Shown here piece by piece: positions 36,936 through 47,331 of a stretch of 64,000 nucleotides of DNA. The DNA comes from a virus. The translations under genes were made by a program, and so were the position numbers. Location of the stretch: positions 1 through 64,000 of IMG/VR virus record IMGVR_UViG_3300022752_004829; one strand, 5' to 3'. Numbering within the stretch: position 1 is the first letter of the stretch; each line of letters starts with the position of its first letter. The notes beneath the pieces are model-generated. The model was not told where the DNA came from. It was given only the letters and a program-made list of their open reading frames with translations, and made no database searches.

Positions 36936-37586
36936 ATGAAATTTGAAAATACAGATCTTGTCATTGCTAGATACAATGAAGATGTAGATTGGATTAAATC
37001 TGAATATTCTAGGATTTTTATTTATAATAAAGGACAACATCTAAACAGAAAGGATGAAATATCTTTACCTAATATAGGAAGAGAATCTCAAACATATTTG
37101 CATCATATTGTAGAAAATTTTAATAACTTAAATAATATAACAATATTTACCCAAGGAAATCCAGATGTTCATTATTTTCATAATAGACATTATAATGAAG
37201 AATATTTTTTTGAAATGAAAAAACAAGCAGAAATATATGGCTATTCTTTAAATAAAGATTACTATCCAAATGTTATGTTTGGTGGATACAAAGATGGAAA
37301 TTATAGAGATCATCACCCAACGCTTAGAGATCCAAATATACCGTTATCTAGATTTGCGACTATAGGTAAATTTCACGAATATATTTTTGGAAAATCATTT
37401 GATCAGTATAAATGGTATGCGAATGGAATATTCGCTATATCGAAAGAAAAAATTTTATCAAGAAGCATAGATTTTTATAAAAAAATTCTACTAGACGAAG
37501 AACAATTTTATATATCAGGAGAACTAGGCTCTTACTTAGAGAGGACTTGGACCTTAATATTCAATATTCCAGACAATGAAGTATGA
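36936..37586 (+). CDS. DUF3431-family protein
   Basis: VIARYNEDVDW, LPNIGRESQTYLHHI, FTQG, LERTW. Confidence 0.85.
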   Translation: MKFENTDLVIARYNEDVDWIKSEYSRIFIYNKGQHLNRKDEISLPNIGRESQTYLHHIVENFNNLNNITIFTQGNPDVHYFHNRHYNEEYFFEMKKQAEIYGYSLNKDYYPNVMFGGYKDGNYRDHHPTLRDPNIPLSRFATIGKFHEYIFGKSFDQYKWYANGIFAISKEKILSRSIDFYKKILLDEEQFYISGELGSYLERTWTLIFNIPDNEV

Positions 37587-38667
37587 TTTTCTAATAGTTG
37601 GATGTGGTCTATTTGGAGTAACATTCGCCCAGCAAGCAAAAGAAAAGGGCAAGAGATCCTTAATCATTGATTCCAGAAACCATATTGGTGGAAATGTTTA
37701 CACAGAGAATAAAGATGGTATTAATATTCATACTTATGGCGCACATATATTTCATACGAATAATGATGAAATATGGAATTATATAAATAAATTTACAAAA
37801 TTTAACCACTTTGTCAACAGGCCTAAAGTAAACTACAAAGATAAAATTTATTCATTTCCAATTAACTTATTTACCTTATATCAACTCTGGGGAGTAAAAA
37901 ATCCAGAAGAAGCCAAAATAAAATTAGAGTCTGTAAAAGTAAAGATTCAAGAGCCAAAGAATCTCGAAGAATGGATACTATCGCAAGTCGGAGAAGAGAT
38001 TTATTATACCTTTATTTATGGATACACAAAAAAGCAATGGAATAAAGAACCCAAAGATCTTCCTTCCTTTATTATAAAAAGATTACCGATTAGATTGAAT
38101 TTTGATGATAATTACTTTTTTGATAAATATCAAGGTATTCCAATTGGAGGATATACAAAAATTATAGAAAATATGACAGAAGGAATAGAAGTAATATTAA
38201 ATGAAAATTATTTTGATAGGAGAGATTACTGGGATCAAAAAGCTAAAAAAATTATTTTTACTGGTAAGATAGATGAATTTTATAATTATAAATATGGAGA
38301 ATTAGAGTATAGATCTTTAAAATTTGAGGAAATTAGATTAGATATAAAAGACTATCAAGGTAATTCATGCGTTAACTATACAGACGAAAATATCCCATAC
38401 ACAAGAATAATAGAACATAAACATTTTGAGTTCGGACAACAAGACCTGACCTATATCACTAAAGAATATCCAGCAAATTATATTAAAGAATTAAATACGC
38501 CATACTATCCGATAAATAATGATGTAAATAATGATTTATATAAAAAATATAGACAAATGAGCGAAAAGGAGAATAATATATTATTCGGAGGTAGATTAGC
38601 TGAATATAGATATTATGATATGCACCAAATCATCGGATCAGCATTACAAAAAAGCAAAATCATATAA
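37576..38667 (+). CDS. glf: UDP-galactopyranose mutase
   Basis: IVGCGLFG, HIGGN, YGAHIFHT, YQGIP, YTRIIEHKHF, GRLAEYRYYDM. Confidence 0.95.
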   Translation: MKYDFLIVGCGLFGVTFAQQAKEKGKRSLIIDSRNHIGGNVYTENKDGINIHTYGAHIFHTNNDEIWNYINKFTKFNHFVNRPKVNYKDKIYSFPINLFTLYQLWGVKNPEEAKIKLESVKVKIQEPKNLEEWILSQVGEEIYYTFIYGYTKKQWNKEPKDLPSFIIKRLPIRLNFDDNYFFDKYQGIPIGGYTKIIENMTEGIEVILNENYFDRRDYWDQKAKKIIFTGKIDEFYNYKYGELEYRSLKFEEIRLDIKDYQGNSCVNYTDENIPYTRIIEHKHFEFGQQDLTYITKEYPANYIKELNTPYYPINNDVNNDLYKKYRQMSEKENNILFGGRLAEYRYYDMHQIIGSALQKSKII

Positions 38668-39812
38668 TGAATATAAATCTTATGGAAACATATCATGGTA
38701 AAAAAATAGACACAGCCAATATCTTAAATATTGAAGATGCGAGTAGACTTATAAAAGGAAGAAAAACTGTAGTTATAACTGGAGTCACAGGTCAAGATGG
38801 TAGTCATATGGCCGACTTTCTTTTAAAGAATACCGATTTACTAATTTTTGGAGGAGTAAGAAGATTAAGCGTATATAATCATGAGAATATTAAGCATATT
38901 CAATCTGATAGATTCCATTTAATTAATTTTGATTTAACAGATTCTCATGCTATAGCGCGTACAGTAGAAAAACTGCAGCCAGATTATTTTATTAATTTTG
39001 CAGCTCAAAGTTTTGTGGCTAGTAGTTGGGACTTTGCAAAACAAACATGGGCGACAAATTCTACCAGTGTTTTAGATATACTTGAAGCGATTAGACTTTA
39101 TAAACCATCTTGTAGATTATATCAAGCAGGATCTAGCGAAGAATTTGGTAATGTATTGTATAGCCCACAAGATGAGAAGCACCCACTAAGGCCAAGGAGT
39201 CCATATGGAGCAAGCAAAGCGGCCTCTAGGCAATTAATTAAAGTATATAGAGACTCTTACAATCTTTACGCAATTCAAGGCTGGTTATTTAATCACGAAG
39301 GGACAAGAAGAGGTGAAGAATTTGTTACGAGAAAAATTACCAAGAATATAGCAAGAATACATAATGCTTTAAAAAATAATCAAGAATTTAAGCCTATGGA
39401 GCTTGGAAATATGGAAGCAAAAAGAGATTGGAGTGATGCAGAAGATTTCATAGAAGGAGTTTGGAGAATGTTAAATCAAGATGAATACAATACAGAATAT
39501 AATGGAATACCAGAGGAATATGTATTTTCATCTAATGAAACTCATACTATTAAGGAATTTGTAGAAAAAGCTTTTAGTGTGGCTGGTATTAAAGGAAGTT
39601 GGATAGGTGAAAATGAGCATACTATGTATATATCAAATGATAATAAAATCCTAGTGCAAGTTAATCCTAAATTCTATAGACCAGCCGAAGTAGAATTATT
39701 GTTGGGAAATTCGAATAAAGCAAGAAAAGAGCTTAATTGGAAACCTAAAATTTCATTTGACAATCTTGTTGAAAAGATGGTAGAATGTGATATTGAAAAA
39801 TATAAATCATAA
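38667..39812 (+). CDS. gmd: GDP-mannose 4,6-dehydratase
   Basis: TGVTGQDGS, AAQSFV, PRSPYGASK, LFNHE, FVTRKIT, RDW, YRPAEV. Confidence 0.93.
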   Translation: MNINLMETYHGKKIDTANILNIEDASRLIKGRKTVVITGVTGQDGSHMADFLLKNTDLLIFGGVRRLSVYNHENIKHIQSDRFHLINFDLTDSHAIARTVEKLQPDYFINFAAQSFVASSWDFAKQTWATNSTSVLDILEAIRLYKPSCRLYQAGSSEEFGNVLYSPQDEKHPLRPRSPYGASKAASRQLIKVYRDSYNLYAIQGWLFNHEGTRRGEEFVTRKITKNIARIHNALKNNQEFKPMELGNMEAKRDWSDAEDFIEGVWRMLNQDEYNTEYNGIPEEYVFSSNETHTIKEFVEKAFSVAGIKGSWIGENEHTMYISNDNKILVQVNPKFYRPAEVELLLGNSNKARKELNWKPKISFDNLVEKMVECDIEKYKS

Positions 39813-40137
39813 ACTTTGTCAATTCATAGTTAAAAAATATATAAAAGTAAATATAAATTGGCCAAGAGAAATTAAAATAGCTCAAAGATTAATTAAAAGA
39901 TTTAAAGAGTTCGAATTTTGGGACAATCTTCAAGAACTTAAAAGCCCACCTCCATCTCTAGCTTGGTTTCTTAAACCAGAAGGTAAAGCTTTTTTATTAG
40001 CTGAATATGAAAAATTTAAATTAAATTTAAATCAAAAAGAAATAAAAATAGAAAAATATAAAATAAATGAAGATAAAAAGATTTGCCAAAAGCCTAAAAC
40101 TCTGTTAGAATTTATAAGATATGGGAAGAAAACCTAA
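39787..40137 (+). CDS. hypothetical protein (start may be TTG at 39793)
   Basis: Follows TTGACA-N18-TAGAAT (39757-39786); overlaps the recA start. Confidence 0.55.
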   Translation: MILKNINHKLCQFIVKKYIKVNINWPREIKIAQRLIKRFKEFEFWDNLQELKSPPPSLAWFLKPEGKAFLLAEYEKFKLNLNQKEIKIEKYKINEDKKICQKPKTLLEFIRYGKKT

Positions 40138-41263
40138 AGAAGAAGTAGTTCAATCTATCGGTCCATCAGCATCGGATAGATTATTATCATTTTTAAAGGA
40201 TAATAAAGAAGATCATTATAACTTTGAAGAAGAAATTTATTATAAAGTATCTACTGGTAGTCTTAATCTGGATATAGCTACAAGCGGTGGTCTATCTCCT
40301 GGTCTTCATAGATTTATAGGCATGAATGAAGGTGGTAAAACTTCAGAGGCGCTAGAAGTTGCTAAAAATTTTCTCAAAACAGTAGAGAATTCAAGAGCTT
40401 TACTTTTTAAAGCAGAAGGTCGCCTAAGTAAAGAGATCAAGGAAAGATCAGGAATTAAATTCGTTACAGATCCTAAAGAATGGGTAGATGGAACATGTTT
40501 CGTATTTGAATGTAATATTTTTGAAACAGTATCTGAATTAATGAAAGACTTAGTTCAATCAAATGACGAAAACAAAAGATATATGTTCATACTTGATTCT
40601 GTTGATGGCCTTATTACAAAAGGTGATAAAGATAAAACTTTAAGTGAAGCAACTAAAGTTGCAGGAGGAGCAGTTATATCTTCTATGCTTATGAAGAAAA
40701 TTTCATTAGCACTATCAAAGCGCGGTCATATGGCAATTTTTATCAGTCAAGTTCGTTCTGATATTAAACTTGATCCTTACGCAGCAAATAAAGAAGTAAG
40801 ACAAACTACAGCGACTGGCGGAAATGCATTATTACATTTTGCAAATTGGATTCTTGAATTCGAACCTCGTTACAATAAAGATCTTATTCTTGAGAAACCA
40901 AATGAAAAATATGATCCAGTGAAAAATAAAATTATTGGACATAATGTAAAAATTGCAATTAAAAAATCTACAAATGAATCAACAAACTCCAAGATTCAAT
41001 ATCCAATCAAATACGGAAGAAAAGAAGGTTCTTCTGTATGGAAAGAATACGAAGTAATTGATCAAATTCTTGCTTGGGAATTTGCAACAGCTAAAGGGGC
41101 ATGGGTTACTTTCTCTGATGAAATTATAGAAGAACTCAAAAAATCAAATATTGAACTTAAAAAACAACATCAAGGCGTAGATAATCTTCGACTTTATCTT
41201 GAAGAAAATAAATTAATAGTTGATTATTTTTATAATAAGTTTATTCAAACATTAGCGTCATGA
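40121..41263 (+). CDS. RecA/UvsX-like recombinase
   Basis: STGSLNLDIA..GG, GMNEGGKT Walker A, ILDSV, FISQVR, TGGNALLHFA. Confidence 0.9.
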   Translation: MGRKPKEEVVQSIGPSASDRLLSFLKDNKEDHYNFEEEIYYKVSTGSLNLDIATSGGLSPGLHRFIGMNEGGKTSEALEVAKNFLKTVENSRALLFKAEGRLSKEIKERSGIKFVTDPKEWVDGTCFVFECNIFETVSELMKDLVQSNDENKRYMFILDSVDGLITKGDKDKTLSEATKVAGGAVISSMLMKKISLALSKRGHMAIFISQVRSDIKLDPYAANKEVRQTTATGGNALLHFANWILEFEPRYNKDLILEKPNEKYDPVKNKIIGHNVKIAIKKSTNESTNSKIQYPIKYGRKEGSSVWKEYEVIDQILAWEFATAKGAWVTFSDEIIEELKKSNIELKKQHQGVDNLRLYLEENKLIVDYFYNKFIQTLAS

Positions 41264-41679
41264 GATTGTTAAATATTAACGGGAAACTCGTTAATAAAAA
41301 TGTAAGAAATAATCTGGTAGACTGGCAGGGTAAAAGCCGCAGTAAATTACAATTTAAATTTAAACAATTTTTTTATCCATATTGGAAAAATCATATAGTC
41401 TACGAAGAGTTTCCTGTTTATGGCACTATGCTTAAAGTAGACATATTAAATGCAACAAAACGAATAGCAATAGAGGTGCAAGGTAATCAACACGAATCAT
41501 TTAATCAATTTTTTCATGATAATTCTCGTCTTAAATACCTTGAGAGTATAAAAAGGGACGTTAAAAAAGAAAAATGGTTAGAAATGAATGGATTTAAATT
41601 CTTAGAACTATATGAAAGTGATTTAAAAAGTTTATCACCACAATATATAGAAGAAAAATTTGGAATTTTAATCATTTAA
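41260..41679 (+). CDS. Vsr/DUF559-like PD-(D/E)xK endonuclease
   Basis: SKLQ...EEFPV...VDI...AIEVQGNQH...RDVKKEKW. Confidence 0.75.
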   Translation: MRLLNINGKLVNKNVRNNLVDWQGKSRSKLQFKFKQFFYPYWKNHIVYEEFPVYGTMLKVDILNATKRIAIEVQGNQHESFNQFFHDNSRLKYLESIKRDVKKEKWLEMNGFKFLELYESDLKSLSPQYIEEKFGILII

Positions 41680-41694
41680 GTGTAAAAGTTTTAG

Positions 41695-41970
41695 GTGACA
41701 AACAAGAAAAAAACTTTTAAAATTCCCGATTCGCTACTAAAGCAGATTGATGAATGTAGTTTTGGTGGATATATTATGTTTAATTTTTCAAGCAAAGGGG
41801 AGCCTCAAGTCTTTACTAAATTCGATAATCAGATAAATGCTATGGCACTCTTATATTATGTTAATACTTGGAGTCAAAGTGTAGATCAATTAAATTTGGA
41901 AGCAACGACAGATCAAATAGCTCGCACAAATCAAGAAGATGATTTTGATGAGCCAGAAGATAAAGATTAA
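41695..41970 (+). CDS. hypothetical protein
   Basis: GTG start 9 nt after GTGTAA (41680-85); acidic tail. Confidence 0.6.
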   Translation: MTNKKKTFKIPDSLLKQIDECSFGGYIMFNFSSKGEPQVFTKFDNQINAMALLYYVNTWSQSVDQLNLEATTDQIARTNQEDDFDEPEDKD

Positions 41971-41973
41971 AAC

Positions 41974-42002
41974 TTGACTTTTAATTTCTAGTTTGGTATC
42001 AT
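41974..42002 (+). promoter_or_regulatory. sigma70-type promoter for dnaB
   Basis: TTGACT-N17-TATCAT. Confidence 0.65.
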
Positions 42003-42011
42003 ATATAAAGG

Positions 42012-43496
42012 ATGATTTATTCTTTACAAGTAGAAAGACATGTATTAAGTGGTTTATTAAAACATCAAGATTTATTTGCAGATATTGATGTATTTTTAAC
42101 TGAAAATGATTTTTATAATGATGTTCACTCATCAATATATACTGTATTTAAAAATATAAAACATAAAGGTGAAAAAGTAGATAAAGTACTTCTAGCTGAA
42201 AAGATTAAAAATCTTGGAATAACATTTAAGGATGAGATTAATATTTTCGATTATATTGATAATCTAAGCTTTTCTCAGATTACAGAAGAAGCAACAATGA
42301 ATGCTTGTAAGGAATTAATTAAATTAAGAATTCGAAGGGAGATATCTCAAACTGCCGACAAACTAAAAGAATATATAAATAAGAATTCAGAAGATTCTAT
42401 AGATGATATTATAGGTAAGATAGATCAAATATATAATAAAAAAATTTCAGCATATTCAGAAAATGATATGCCAGTTAATATCTTTGCGGAAGTCGAAGAT
42501 CTTATTGAAGAAATTGGTAATTCTCCAAAAGAAGATACTGGATTAATTACTCCATATTCTGAATTTAATAGAATGTACGGTGGTCTAAAGAATGCGAATA
42601 TTTACGCTATCGCAAGTAGACCTGGTCAAGGAAAATCTACATGGTTAAACGATATTTGTTTTAAAACTTCTATTAATCCTAAAAATAAAACTAAGACGCT
42701 TATTCTTGATACAGAAATGCAAACTGTAGATATTCAATTAAGAATGGTCGCATCATTAACTGATGTACCTGTATGGTATCTTGAAACAGGAAATTGGCGT
42801 AAAAATGAAGAAATGACTAAAAAAGTCCGAGCTGCTTGGGCAAAAGTTAAAACATATGAATATTTTCATTATCATGTAGGTAATAAAAATATAGATCAAG
42901 TCTGCTCTCTTATTAGAAGATGGTATCTTTCAAAAGTTGGAAGAGGCAATCAAGCGATGATCGCGTATGATTATATCAAATTAACTGGTGAGAAGGTTGG
43001 TCAAAATTGGGCAGAGCATCAAGCTATTGGAGAAAAAATTGATAAACTAAAAAGAATATCTGAAGAAATACATTGCCCAATCATTACTGCTATGCAATTA
43101 AATAGAACTGGAGAGAACTTTAATAGAAATTCAAATAACGTTGTAGATGATAGTTCAGTTATTTCTTTATCAGATAGACTTCAATGGTTTGCTTCATTTG
43201 TAGCAATTTTCAGAAGAAAAACTCTTGATGAAGTGACACTTGATGGACAAGCGTTTGGGACACATAAATTAATTCCAACAAAAACAAGATTCCAAGGGAA
43301 AGATGCAGCTGGACATCAAGATCTAGTTAGAAGACTAGATTCAACAGGCAAAGAAATATGGGCCCAAAATTATCTTAATTATCAGGTTACAAATTTTAAT
43401 ATTGAAGAAAGAGGATCTTTGAGAGATGTCGCAGAAAGACAAAGAGAGCAATACGAACTCACCGATCAAAATGCAAATGATGGAGAATTACTATGA
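42012..43496 (+). CDS. dnaB: replicative DNA helicase
   Basis: ERHVLSGLL, ASRPGQGKS, DTEM, YDYIKL, AMQLNR. Confidence 0.93.
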   Translation: MIYSLQVERHVLSGLLKHQDLFADIDVFLTENDFYNDVHSSIYTVFKNIKHKGEKVDKVLLAEKIKNLGITFKDEINIFDYIDNLSFSQITEEATMNACKELIKLRIRREISQTADKLKEYINKNSEDSIDDIIGKIDQIYNKKISAYSENDMPVNIFAEVEDLIEEIGNSPKEDTGLITPYSEFNRMYGGLKNANIYAIASRPGQGKSTWLNDICFKTSINPKNKTKTLILDTEMQTVDIQLRMVASLTDVPVWYLETGNWRKNEEMTKKVRAAWAKVKTYEYFHYHVGNKNIDQVCSLIRRWYLSKVGRGNQAMIAYDYIKLTGEKVGQNWAEHQAIGEKIDKLKRISEEIHCPIITAMQLNRTGENFNRNSNNVVDDSSVISLSDRLQWFASFVAIFRRKTLDEVTLDGQAFGTHKLIPTKTRFQGKDAAGHQDLVRRLDSTGKEIWAQNYLNYQVTNFNIEERGSLRDVAERQREQYELTDQNANDGELL

Positions 43497-44149
43497 ATGT
43501 CGAATTAGTTTCAATTACAAAACCAGAAATAAAAAACTTACAGAAAGCTGAAGATCTTGTAGCGTACTGCGCTAGAGTCAGCAATCCTTCTAATCAATTA
43601 AATACAGAGACTGCTCCAAAACTATTAAAATTTTTAATTAAAAATAAACATTGGAGTCCATTTGAATTAGTAGATATGTGTGTTGAGATAAAAACCAGTA
43701 GAGCAATCGCAGCGCAAATTCTACGTCATAGATCATTTTCATTTCAAGAATTTAGTCAAAGATATAGTTTAGCTAACGAATATGAAGATGTAGAACTAAG
43801 ATTACAAGGCGACAAAAACAGGCAAGTGGGAGAGAAACTTTTACCAACAAATACGGATGCTTATGATGATATATCGCATCTCGTAGCAGAATCTATATCA
43901 TTAGCCCAGCATTGTTATGATACAATGATAGAAAATGGAGTAGCAAAAGAAGTGGCAAGAATGATTCTACCGCTAACTACTCAAACTACAATGTATATGA
44001 AAGGTTCTTTAAGAAGTTGGATACATTATATAGAGTTGAGAACTGAACAGAATACTCAGAAAGAACATCGAGAAATTGCAGAAAGATGTAGAAAAATTTT
44101 TGTAAAAGAATTTCCAATTATAAGTGAGGCTTTGGAATGGAACAGATAA
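43493..44149 (+). CDS. thyX: FAD-dependent thymidylate synthase
   Basis: ARVSNP, HWSPFE, QILRHRSFSFQEFSQRY, EVARMILP, TQKEHR. Confidence 0.97.
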   Translation: MNVELVSITKPEIKNLQKAEDLVAYCARVSNPSNQLNTETAPKLLKFLIKNKHWSPFELVDMCVEIKTSRAIAAQILRHRSFSFQEFSQRYSLANEYEDVELRLQGDKNRQVGEKLLPTNTDAYDDISHLVAESISLAQHCYDTMIENGVAKEVARMILPLTTQTTMYMKGSLRSWIHYIELRTEQNTQKEHREIAERCRKIFVKEFPIISEALEWNR

Positions 44150-45042
44150 GCGTTTACGAAATTCTTACAGAATTAGGCTATAAGCTTAAAGACTATGGTA
44201 AAGAGTTTAGAACAAAACCTCTATATAGAGATAGCGATAATGATACAGTATTAAGAATCTATAAAGATACTGGTAAGTGGTTTGATTTTAAGCAGAACAT
44301 TAGTGGAGACATAAATTCATTAATAAGACTCACTTTAAAAATTGATGATCCAGAGAAAGCTCAAGAATGGTTAAAGAATAAAAACTTTCATGTTAATTAC
44401 AATATTGAATATGTAAAACCGATTTTAAAGTCAACTCAAAAATTTGATATTAATTTATTAGAGAATCTTGAGAATAATAATTCATACTGGAATAAAAGAG
44501 GTATCACGGACGATATCTTACTACAATTCAAAGGTGGAGTCGGAAAAGCTGGCAAAATGAAAAATAGATATGTATTTCCAATATTTGATGCAAAAGGCGA
44601 TATAATAGGATTCTCTGGAAGAGATATCACAAATCTATCTAAAATTAAATGGAAACATTTAGGAGAAAAGAATGATTTTGTTTATCCATTGTTCTTAAAT
44701 AATAAATCAATTGAAGAACAAAAAGAAGTGATCTTAGTTGAAAGTATTGGGGATATGCTAAGTCTTTACCAAGCTGAAATAAAAAATGTTTTAGTTACAT
44801 TTGGGACAAATCTAAGTCTATCAATTTTAAATTATTGTTTAAAGATGGATATTCGTAAAATCTTTATAAGTTTAAATAATGATATAGAAAAGAATATGGC
44901 TGGAAATATTGGTGCAGAAAAAATATATTCAAGACTTAAAAGATATTTTGATGATAAACAATTAAAAATAGCACTGCCAACGAAAAAAGATTTTGGCGAA
45001 ATGACGGAAGAAGAGATTTTACAATGGAAAGCAAATCTTTAA
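44137..45042 (+). CDS. DNA primase, DnaG-like TOPRIM
   Basis: RYVFPI, GFSGR, KWKH, LVESIGD, LNND, KDFGEM. Confidence 0.88.
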   Translation: MEQISVYEILTELGYKLKDYGKEFRTKPLYRDSDNDTVLRIYKDTGKWFDFKQNISGDINSLIRLTLKIDDPEKAQEWLKNKNFHVNYNIEYVKPILKSTQKFDINLLENLENNNSYWNKRGITDDILLQFKGGVGKAGKMKNRYVFPIFDAKGDIIGFSGRDITNLSKIKWKHLGEKNDFVYPLFLNNKSIEEQKEVILVESIGDMLSLYQAEIKNVLVTFGTNLSLSILNYCLKMDIRKIFISLNNDIEKNMAGNIGAEKIYSRLKRYFDDKQLKIALPTKKDFGEMTEEEILQWKANL

Positions 45043-45989
45043 AAGTATTATCCGCTTCCAGAATAAAAACTCTTGAGACTTGTTCTTGGGTCTATTGGAA
45101 TAACTATCACACCAAAGTCCCTCAGACTCAAAATGATGGCGCTCTTAGAGGCACAATCTGTCATACAGTTTTTGAACTACTTTTAAATCCAAAGCATAAA
45201 AATCATTTTAATAAAATAATAAAAAAGAATTCTATTAAAGGAAGTAAAGCAATTACAAGATTAGTCAAGAGATTAAAAGCTAAAGTTGGGCTAGATGAGT
45301 CAAATTTTGATATTTTAGATCAAATGATTATGGTTGGTCTAAAACATGACTTTTTTGGCGAGAAAGATGGCGAGATTGTTTCTCCAGAATACGCCTTTGA
45401 AATCAAAAATGATACGCCTAAATATCATATTAAGGGATTCATTGACAAGCCCATTAAATCAAAGAATAAAATGGTTATAATTGACTACAAAAGCTCAAAG
45501 GCTAAATTTAGAGGAGATGATCTTGAGGCAAATATCCAAGCAATGATGTATAGTCTTGCTAGTAAAAAATTGTGGCCAAAACTTAAACCTATTGTAAGAT
45601 TTTTATTTCTTAGATTTCCAAAGCAGCCCATACAAGAACTTCAATTTACAGAAGATCAAATAAATGGTTTTGAGCATTACCTAGAGCATATAAATGATTA
45701 TATTAATAAATTTGATTATAATGCAGCTAAAGCTAATTTTGCTATAGATAATGACAAAAGCAAATGGATGTGTGGAGTTGGCAATTGGAGATGTCCTTAT
45801 AGAGATCCTTATGAATATTACGTTAAATTAAACGAAAAAGGCGAAATCCTAGAATCTAGTCTGGATGGTAAATTTAAAGATATAAAAGGATTCCAGATAG
45901 AAAAAAGAAAATATGAGGGATGTCCAAAATTTAATACCTTTAATAAAGATAAATTTTTAGATAAAAAAGAAGACGAATTTTTAGATTGA
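45024..45989 (+). CDS. PD-(D/E)xK (RecB/Cas4-like) nuclease
   Basis: LSASRIKTLETC, GTICH, GFID, IIDYKS, QAMMY, C-terminal Cys cluster. Confidence 0.85.
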   Translation: MESKSLKVLSASRIKTLETCSWVYWNNYHTKVPQTQNDGALRGTICHTVFELLLNPKHKNHFNKIIKKNSIKGSKAITRLVKRLKAKVGLDESNFDILDQMIMVGLKHDFFGEKDGEIVSPEYAFEIKNDTPKYHIKGFIDKPIKSKNKMVIIDYKSSKAKFRGDDLEANIQAMMYSLASKKLWPKLKPIVRFLFLRFPKQPIQELQFTEDQINGFEHYLEHINDYINKFDYNAAKANFAIDNDKSKWMCGVGNWRCPYRDPYEYYVKLNEKGEILESSLDGKFKDIKGFQIEKRKYEGCPKFNTFNKDKFLDKKEDEFLD

Positions 45990-46014
45990 TTGTCAATAAA
46001 ATCTAAGTTATAAT
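45986..46014 (+). promoter_or_regulatory. sigma70-type promoter
   Basis: TTGATT-N17-TATAAT, then 7 nt to ATG at 46022. Confidence 0.65.
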
Positions 46015-46021
46015 ACATAAA

Positions 46022-46771
46022 ATGATACCCTTATTTAAGTCTCATTATTCATTAGGCAGGTCTATACTTACCCTTGAAGACAAAGAAGAGAGGGATGACT
46101 ATCCAGACTCTATAATTCAAATAGCTAAAGAAAATAATCTGAAACAAGTACATATTGTGGAAGATAACATGTCATCATTTTTAGAGGCATATACAAATAC
46201 AAAAAATAACAATATTAGTCTCAATTATGGATTGAGAATCTCTATAACAGAATCTATAGAAGATAAAACCGAAGAGTCTAGAGCCAAAACATCCAAGATT
46301 GTTATTTTTATAAAAAATAAACAAGGATATGAATCATTAATTAAACTATTTAGTATCGCCGCAAAAGCAGGATTCTATTATGAGCCAAGGCTAGATTATC
46401 AAACTTTAAAAAATAATTGGTCTAATAATTTAATACTTTGTATACCATTTTATGATTCATTTATATTTAATAACACATTAAAGAATTTTATATGTATACC
46501 ACAATTTGATTTCGCAAAACCAATATTTCTTCTAGAGGATAATGATTTACCTTTTGATTTTATTATAAAAGATAAGATCAATAAATATATAAAAGAAAAC
46601 AATTACGAACTTTACAAAGCAAAAAGTATCTATTATAATAAGAGAAATGATTTTAAGACATATCTTACATTTAGATGTATCAATAACAGAACTATTTTAA
46701 ATAAACCAGAGCTTGAGCATATGAGTAGCAACGAATTTTCTTTTGAGAGTTGGAAGGAGATGGATAAATGA
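46022..46771 (+). CDS. stand-alone PHP domain of DNA polymerase III alpha
   Basis: FKSHYSLGRSIL, KNKQGYESLIKL, GFYYEPRLD. Confidence 0.85.
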   Translation: MIPLFKSHYSLGRSILTLEDKEERDDYPDSIIQIAKENNLKQVHIVEDNMSSFLEAYTNTKNNNISLNYGLRISITESIEDKTEESRAKTSKIVIFIKNKQGYESLIKLFSIAAKAGFYYEPRLDYQTLKNNWSNNLILCIPFYDSFIFNNTLKNFICIPQFDFAKPIFLLEDNDLPFDFIIKDKINKYIKENNYELYKAKSIYYNKRNDFKTYLTFRCINNRTILNKPELEHMSSNEFSFESWKEMDK

Positions 46772-47331
46772 AACTTCAAGATCCACAAAAAATTGTAAAT
46801 AAATATGCACAAAAAGTGAATGATTATGGCCAAAAAGATAAGCAGCGATTAGATGACGAAGATAGATCTGCGGGCTATAGAAGAATGATATATAAAGAAA
46901 ATGGGCTATACTCGACTGATGTAGATTTAATGTGTATAAAAGAGCAAAGAAATAAACAAGCCGAAGTTGTAGCTGGATTAGAGCTTACTATGATAAGTGA
47001 TCATACCTCAAGACCACATAATAATTATTTTGCTAGCATTATGGCTAGATATAGAAAAGATGGCCAAGGTAAGTACAGCATAATGATAACAGGCTTCTGC
47101 AAAGCTCCATCTATAATAGTAGCTTTCTCTAGAGATCTTATGAATTTCTATTTATATAATTTAACAAAAGATAATGGCATGTGGTATTACCAAAATAAAC
47201 TAAGACATCTAGAATGGCATTATAAAATTAGAGATGTAGCACCACCAGAAGATTTATATACAAAAAATAAAATGGACTCTTATCAAGAAAAATTTTTAGT
47301 CGAGGTCCCATCATGGATGATCACTTACTAA
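46768..47331 (+). CDS. hypothetical protein, possibly a PD-(D/E)xK fold
   Basis: STDVDLM...VAGLELT pattern; overlaps both neighbours. Confidence 0.5.
   Translation: MKLQDPQKIVNKYAQKVNDYGQKDKQRLDDEDRSAGYRRMIYKENGLYSTDVDLMCIKEQRNKQAEVVAGLELTMISDHTSRPHNNYFASIMARYRKDGQGKYSIMITGFCKAPSIIVAFSRDLMNFYLYNLTKDNGMWYYQNKLRHLEWHYKIRDVAPPEDLYTKNKMDSYQEKFLVEVPSWMITY

Noticed and set aside
45024-45989. CRISPR-Cas system suggested by the Cas4-like nuclease
   Set aside because: I saw no repeat-spacer array or other cas gene; such nucleases are common in phage replication modules.
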